Part shown: positions 57,850 to 64,000 of the stretch, piece after piece
Layout: every line of letters starts with the position of its first letter
Numbering within the stretch: the stretch's first letter is position 1
Assembly (NCBI RefSeq): GCF_036321535.1
Contig: NC_087437.1
Span: 80,602,001 to 80,666,000, forward strand
DNA: 64,000 bases
Direction: 5' to 3'
DNA from: Camelus dromedarius
Taxonomy: Eukaryota
Notes under the pieces: model-generated
Database searches by the model: none
Told to the model about the DNA's origin: nothing
Seen by the model: the letters and a program-made list of their open reading frames with translations, nothing else
Translations under genes and position numbers: made by a program

Positions 57850-59860
57850 GATCATGGAGTAGAAGAAGAGAGCACCACTAAAATAACTGTCATCCCAGGG
57901 TGACTATTGGCATACTCAAAGCTGCAACTGCCTGAGCAGAAAAATCAGAGGCTTGGAGTATAGGAGGGGAAATAGACTTCACTAAAATAATCCAGCCAGT
58001 CACTAATCAAACAAGAAAGAAACAACACCCAGTAGTTACAAAATTGTGACAGACAGGTTATATGCATAATTATTCTCATTTATTCCTTTAATTGATTTAA
58101 TAAGCAATTGTATAAAATAATATGTATAGAAAGTATTATTGAGCCAATAACAGAAATGTAATATATATGTAAAATATATGCCAATAACAGCACAAAGTCG
58201 TGAAAGCAAAGCTGTACTGAGATAAGGGAATGACTATAGGTGGTAAAGTAATAATTATAACACTATTGTTGGAGTTGTTAACATTAATAGATGTAACATG
58301 TATAGCAGTAACACCACAGAAGGGGGGATAAGGGAATAGAATAGAGTTATATAGGAATAAATTTTCTATACGTAGCAAATTAAGTCAGTATAAATCTGAA
58401 GCTCAGTCTGATGAGTTAAAATGTATATGGTAAACCCTAGAGCAATAACTTCTAAAAAACTGAAAAAAATTATTAAAGAAATTAAGATGCTCCATTAGAA
58501 AATACTCAATACAAAAGAAAACTGTAAAAGAATAATAAAAGAACAAAAAAAGTGACATAGAAAACAAAAGTAAAATGGCATAGAAAACTACATCAATAAA
58601 TCATTAAATGTAAATAAAATGAACAATTCAATCAAAAGTCAATCAACAGGCAAAGACTGTTAGGTTGGATTGAAAAAAAAAAAACCATGATCCAACTATA
58701 TTCTGTCCACAGGAGACACCTTTAGATTCAGAGATACAATTAGATTAAAAGTAAAAAGATGGAAAGAGAGAAATCATGCAAACAGCAACCATAAGAAAGC
58801 TGGAGTGGAGATACTAATTATCAGAAAATACAGACTAAGACAAAAACAGTGTTGGCTAGAGGTAAAGAGGGCTTTGGGCTTACTTTGCTGCCTCTTTCTA
58901 ACTTCACTGCAATTCAGGTAAGGTTTACTGATTTGGTATTTATTTCTAATGTACGTGCTTAAAAGGTTTTGGGGGGTTATCTTTTTATTACTGATCTAAC
59001 ATAATTCTACTGTGGTCAAAAGCATATTCTGTATATTTTCTATTTAAAATTTGCTGGAGGTTTTTATGGATAAGCAATGGTCAATTTTTATAAATGTTTC
59101 ATAAGAACTTAAAAATATTCTGCAGTTGTGGAGGCATTGTTTTAATGTCAATTAGATTAAACTATTACTTTTGTTGTTCAATATTCTGTACCCTTACTGG
59201 TTTTTGTTTTTTGTTTTTGTCTGCCGGTTCTATCAATTACTAAGAATAGTTTATTAAAATATCCCTGTATGAAAGTGGATTTGCCTATTTCTCCTTCTAA
59301 TTCTGGCAATTTTTCCTTGAAGCTGTTATTAGTTGCATATAATATAGAACTGTTTTCCTGGTGAGTTGAACCTTTTATCATTATGAAAGGATAAAATTAA
59401 GTGCCCCTGATAATGGTCTTGGCTTTAAGTCTACTTTGATTGAAATTAAAACAGCTACATCAGTGTTTTTTTTGGTATTCATGCGGTATGTTTTACCATC
59501 CTTGTTTCTGTCAGCCTGTTCATATCCTTGTATTTAAGGTTTATCTCTTATATACAGCATATCGTTGTCTTTAAAAAAAAAATCTAAGGTAAATAGGAAC
59601 AGCTCAGTGGTGAAGCTTGTGCTTAGCATGTACAAGGTCCTGGGTTCAATCCCCAGCACCTCCATTAAAGAAATAAAAATTCCAGGCTGCCAATCTTTGT
59701 CTTTTGATAGAAATCAGTCCAATTAAAAACATGACGTAATTACATATTTGCATATAAATCTGCCATTTTAGTTTGCTTTTTTTGGTCCTGCCTGTTCTAC
59801 ATTTTCCTTTTCTGCCTTGTTTAAAATCCTGTTCCCTCTTCCCATCAGCTTGTGAGCTAT
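57850..59860. mobile_element. Two abutting old L1 remnants: sense inter-ORF/endonuclease start (~57850-58872) and antisense endonuclease region (~58900-59860)
   Basis: Sense piece reads HDPTIFCPQET and HANSNHKKAGV. Antisense ORF 59178-59381 (MIKGSTHQE...LYATNN...LEGEIGKSTFIQGYFN) is APE-domain-like. Confidence 0.75.
59595..59680 (+). mobile_element. tRNA-Ala-derived SINE (short)
   Basis: AGCTCAGTGGT...CTTAGCATG...GGGTTCAATCCCCAGCACCTCCA plus A-rich tail. Confidence 0.8.
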
Positions 59861-59881
59861 GTGTTCATTGAACTATTATTT

Positions 59882-60097
59882 TTATTTTTTAAGCATTTAA
59901 TGATTTTTTAAAACTTTTTATTCGTTTTTAAATTTTTTTTTTTTTGCTGGTTTCTACTTTTTACTTTTAATTTATTTATTATTTGGGGGGAGGTAATTGG
60001 GCTATTTGCTTATTTATTAATGGAGGTACTGGGGATTGAACCCAGGACCTCATGCATGCTAAGCAAGCACTCAACCAATGAGCTATACCCTGCCCCC
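59882..60097 (-). mobile_element. tRNA-Ala-derived SINE with long T-rich tail
   Basis: TSD TGAACTATTATTT at 59869-59881 and 60098-60110. Confidence 0.85.
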
Positions 60098-62509
60098 TGA
60101 ACTATTATTTCAGTAGTTAGCCAAGACGTCACAGTAAAATTCTTGGTACAATGTCTTGTACCCCACGGATATCCACTTCATGAGCTGTAGCGCCATGTAA
60201 GTTTGGATGTTTTGTTAAACTTTAAAGGTTATCCTGTATATATTTGTGATTTTTCCCCCCTCTTCAGCATCTACCATTCTCCCAGGTACCTAGGTCCAGA
60301 CCTCTAGTCATCCGGGATGCTTTCATTTCTTCTCGTTGATTTAGCCACTGAATTCCTTAGCAATGTCTCTGATCTGTTACTTCTATTCCATTAGTGCTAA
60401 TTGCTGTTAATGTATTGCGCTTAAGATTTTATAAACTCATGCATGCAGTATACTACCAATATCTTGGTTTCCTAGCTTCCATGCCTGCCTTATTTTCCTG
60501 TCTCACAGACATTAATTCCAGATTAGTATTTGAAACTGATCATATTTTAACTTTCCATTTTCTAATGGCTCTATGTTCATAGCAAAAACAAAAACAAAAA
60601 CAAAACCCCCCCCAAAAAACCCCACAGTAGGAATGAAAATAACTAACTTTGAATGTGAAGAGATGGCTGTTAATCATAATTCTCCATTCTTCATTACCAG
60701 CACACCCCTCATTTTGAGTTGGCACAGAATTGCAGCTGCTTCTTAAGTTCTTCCAACTAGGAAAAGCAAGGCCTATAGTATAATTCATAATTTTTTTTCA
60801 GTTTTATTAGGTAGAATTATTAGCTCAACTGCACATACACATTATATTGCATGTAAATACATACATACAGTATACTGCACATTTAGTATAATTCATACTT
60901 AAAAGAGTCTCAGTTTTCTTCCTTGGAGCATCACATAGCCAATGCCTACTGTAGAATTCAAATGGGATAGAATGAGAAGAAACATGTTTAAAATTAGCTG
61001 GGAAAGTGATATTTTTCTTCTCAAAGTAGCCCTTTGAAACTGTAACTACATCTAAATCCTGTTTTGGGAATTCTCTGCTATGGTTATGTATATGTTTATA
61101 CAGATTCATTTTCACACACAGCATTACAATGGTATTGTTAAAATATTTGAGGCAGGTATATTTAACTTAATATATTTATTGTTGAGAGGTACTTTGGGAG
61201 CCTGTGAGTCAAACCATTACTCAACATCTTGGATTTTTAAAAATACTTTTTTTTAAAGAGCAGTTTTAGGTTCATAGCGAAACAGCGGAAAGTTCCCATA
61301 TAACCCGTCCCCACACGTACACCTTTTCATCCTCAACTGCACTTTCAGTTAAATTTGCTTTAATCATTTGCAAATATTTCATCATCTCATTAGTACTCGC
61401 ATTCCTTCCATATTACTTCCTTTGCATTACTTGATGTAAGTGTCCTGCTGCTAGTTTTGATCTTTTCCTTAAAGTCAGGTTATAATAAATTATATATTCC
61501 ATATATGTGATTTAGAAACTATTTTATTTTCAGTCATGGGTACATGAGTGAATTCATAGTTTCTGTTGATCTGAATTTCATGTTAACTATGATTTAGTTG
61601 TGGAATTCTAAAAGCAGGGGTAAAATAAGTAATTCCAGGTGTTCTAGCATGAGAGCAGGACAATGCTGGATTCTGAGTGAAATGCATTTGTGGTGTATTC
61701 GGATGACATACCAGTGATACAGATACACAAAAGTTCAGAGGTAAGTCTTCTTGCAGTAGTTACAGTGGTCATCCTTGAGATTTTACATAGTACACAAGTT
61801 TTTCTTTTTTCTAAATATTAAGCAATGTGAATTCAATGGATACCACAGATAAAATGCTCCCAAAGAGGATTTATGCTTAGAAAAAAAGATTTAGAATAAT
61901 AGCACATTTGTATTACATGCAAAGTACAAGGTTTGACTGTTCTATGTCCATGTGCAATAATTAAGTGGATGTCCACTGTGATGCGGCCCAAGGCCTTTAG
62001 TCTGAAAAAGTTCTCACATCTGAAGCCCCGGCATGACAGCTAACCTAATTTGCCTTATTTAGATACCACTCCCCACTCATTTCCAGTTATCAAAGTAATT
62101 AAGGTCAATGTAGGAAATTTGAAAAGTATAGGACAATGAAAAGAAGTAAAAAGTAGAAGAAGAAAAAAAAACTAAAACCAGTAATTATTGTTAACCACCA
62201 ATGGATTCTTGTGTGGGTAAAGGGCTACAAATCATCAGGGATTTTTCATGCAGAAGTTGAATCAAGGGTTTCCAAAATCTGTCTTCACCGTGGTGATGGG
62301 CAGCTTGGTATGCTGCTTTTCCCTGTAGCAAGTAGTTGCACCTCCCGAAAGACCTGAATTTCAGCCTCTGGGTCCCTCCTCTAAAATACTGTGTTTCCCT
62401 TTTTCACTTATTCCCTCAGCCCTAAGGGTGGTGTTTTCTTCCTGCAGTTGCTACTTCTACTACTGATAGTTCCCATGTTAACATTCTTTGCATCAATGTC
62501 TTCCCTCAT

Positions 62510-64000
62510 TGATAAAATGCTGAAAAAGCTTTTGACAAAATTCAATACCCACTCCTGATAAAAGCACTTGAGAAAATTAGGAATTGATGGATATATTTTT
62601 AGCCTGATATAATTTCATCATTTGCTCTAGTCCTAAAGCCAGGACCTTACTTCATGGTAAAACACTGGAGACTTTTCTACTGAGAATAAGAACAAGGCAA
62701 GGATGCCCATTATTTCTACTACTATTTAATATTGTATTAGAGGTATTAAGCAATGCAACTAGACAGGAAAAATAAATTAGAGGCACAAAAATTGGTAAAG
62801 TAAAGCCATCTCTATTTGCAGGTGATAAGATGGTACACCTGGAAAATCCTCAAGAATCAATGATAAAACTCAAACAGTAAGAGTTTAGTAAGATTGCAAG
62901 ACACAGAATTAACATACAGAAATTAATTACCTTCATATCCTGTAATAATAACCAGCACATGACAGAGACAAACGCTTTTCAATAATAGCAAAGATAATTA
63001 AATATTTAGAAAGAAGCTTAACAAGAAATATACAAAACTTGTATGTGGAAAAATTTAACACTCCTGAAAGACACAAAAGCAGACTGCTCCCAATTAGGAT
63101 GGCTAAACATCATAAAAATATCAGTTAATTAAATAAAATTAGATCTTGATCTTACAAATGCAGAAGAATATACTCTAAACGAATTAGGAATCTATTCAAT
63201 TTTAAAATGAAAAAAAAAAGAAAAAGAAAAAAGCCCTAGAGAAACAAGGGTGAATTCATCTTTAATCTCAGTATAGGGAAAGGCTTTCTAACTATTCACA
63301 TAAAATCAAAAGGCAATAAAGATTAGTTTACTACATAAAAAATTTTTTTTTGCACTGCAAAAGAACACCATAATCAAAGTCAAAAGACAACTAATAAGTG
63401 GGAGAAATTATAACATGTATCAAAAATAGTTACTATATGAAGAATTCTTAAAATCTGAGAAAGGACCAAAAACCAAATAAAATGGGAGTGAAATGAACAG
63501 ACTAATCACAAGGAAAAGATATTCAAATGGCCCTTAAACATATGAAAATACATTCAATCTCACTCATAGCTAGAGAGATGCAAATTAAAACTACTCTGAA
63601 ATACCATCTTTTTTAATCGATCAGATTTGGGGGAAAGAAAAAAAAAAGCATAACAAACTCTAGCAGGGCTGTGGGAAGAGGCACTCTCGTATATTTCTGG
63701 TGGGGAAAAGAAACTTGTACAATCCTTTTGGAGGAGAATTTGACAATATCTAACAAAAGTATATATGTACTTATATTTTGACCCAGCATCCTACTGGGAA
63801 TTTACCTGAAAGAAGATACATCCCAATATGAAAAGACATGCACAAGGTTTTTCAGTTACAACACTGTAATGGCAAAACATAGGAAATGACCTAAATGCCT
63901 ACACATGGAAGAGTAATTGCATTAACTGTGGTATATTTACACAATGGAGTACTATGTAGCTGTTAAAATTCTGGAGAAAGATCTCCATGAACTGGTATAG
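62510..64000 (+). mobile_element. L1 ORF2 (reverse transcriptase and C-terminus) remnant
   Basis: AEKAFDKIQYP (62519), [19 protein letters not shown] (62692) and SLFAGD (degenerate LFADD, 62809), with stops and deletions. Confidence 0.9.

Overview
Mammalian genomic DNA. It is probably camelid (alpaca, llama or camel), judged from about 12 copies of a tRNA-Ala(AGC)-derived SINE. Three known genes lie in the conserved mammalian order. (1) The 5' part of CEP97 is on the minus strand: coding exons 1-6 (728 nt of CDS, LRR region), with the gene running off the left edge. (2) RPL24 is complete on the plus strand: 6 coding exons, 157 aa, 5'TOP promoter. (3) ZBTB11 is complete on the plus strand: 11 coding exons, 1054 aa, with an integrase-like HHCC finger, a BTB domain and a C2H2 array. 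All exons were placed by GT-AG boundaries and reading-frame continuity. The rest is intron or intergenic DNA rich in transposon remnants (L1, MIR, MLT/LTR16/ERV1 LTRs, MER20/MER45/MER58 and a 2.3 kb Cheshire-like hAT fossil). Repeat family names come from recalled consensus sequences, not from a search. I found no convincing new biological system. The best leads are: the domesticated integrase finger of ZBTB11 with CpG-type substitutions; an in-frame, stop-free exon 2+3 cassette bracketed by inverted SINEs (circRNA candidate); three serial retro-insertions at a single target site; and a CTCF/ZNF143 cluster at the CEP97 promoter.
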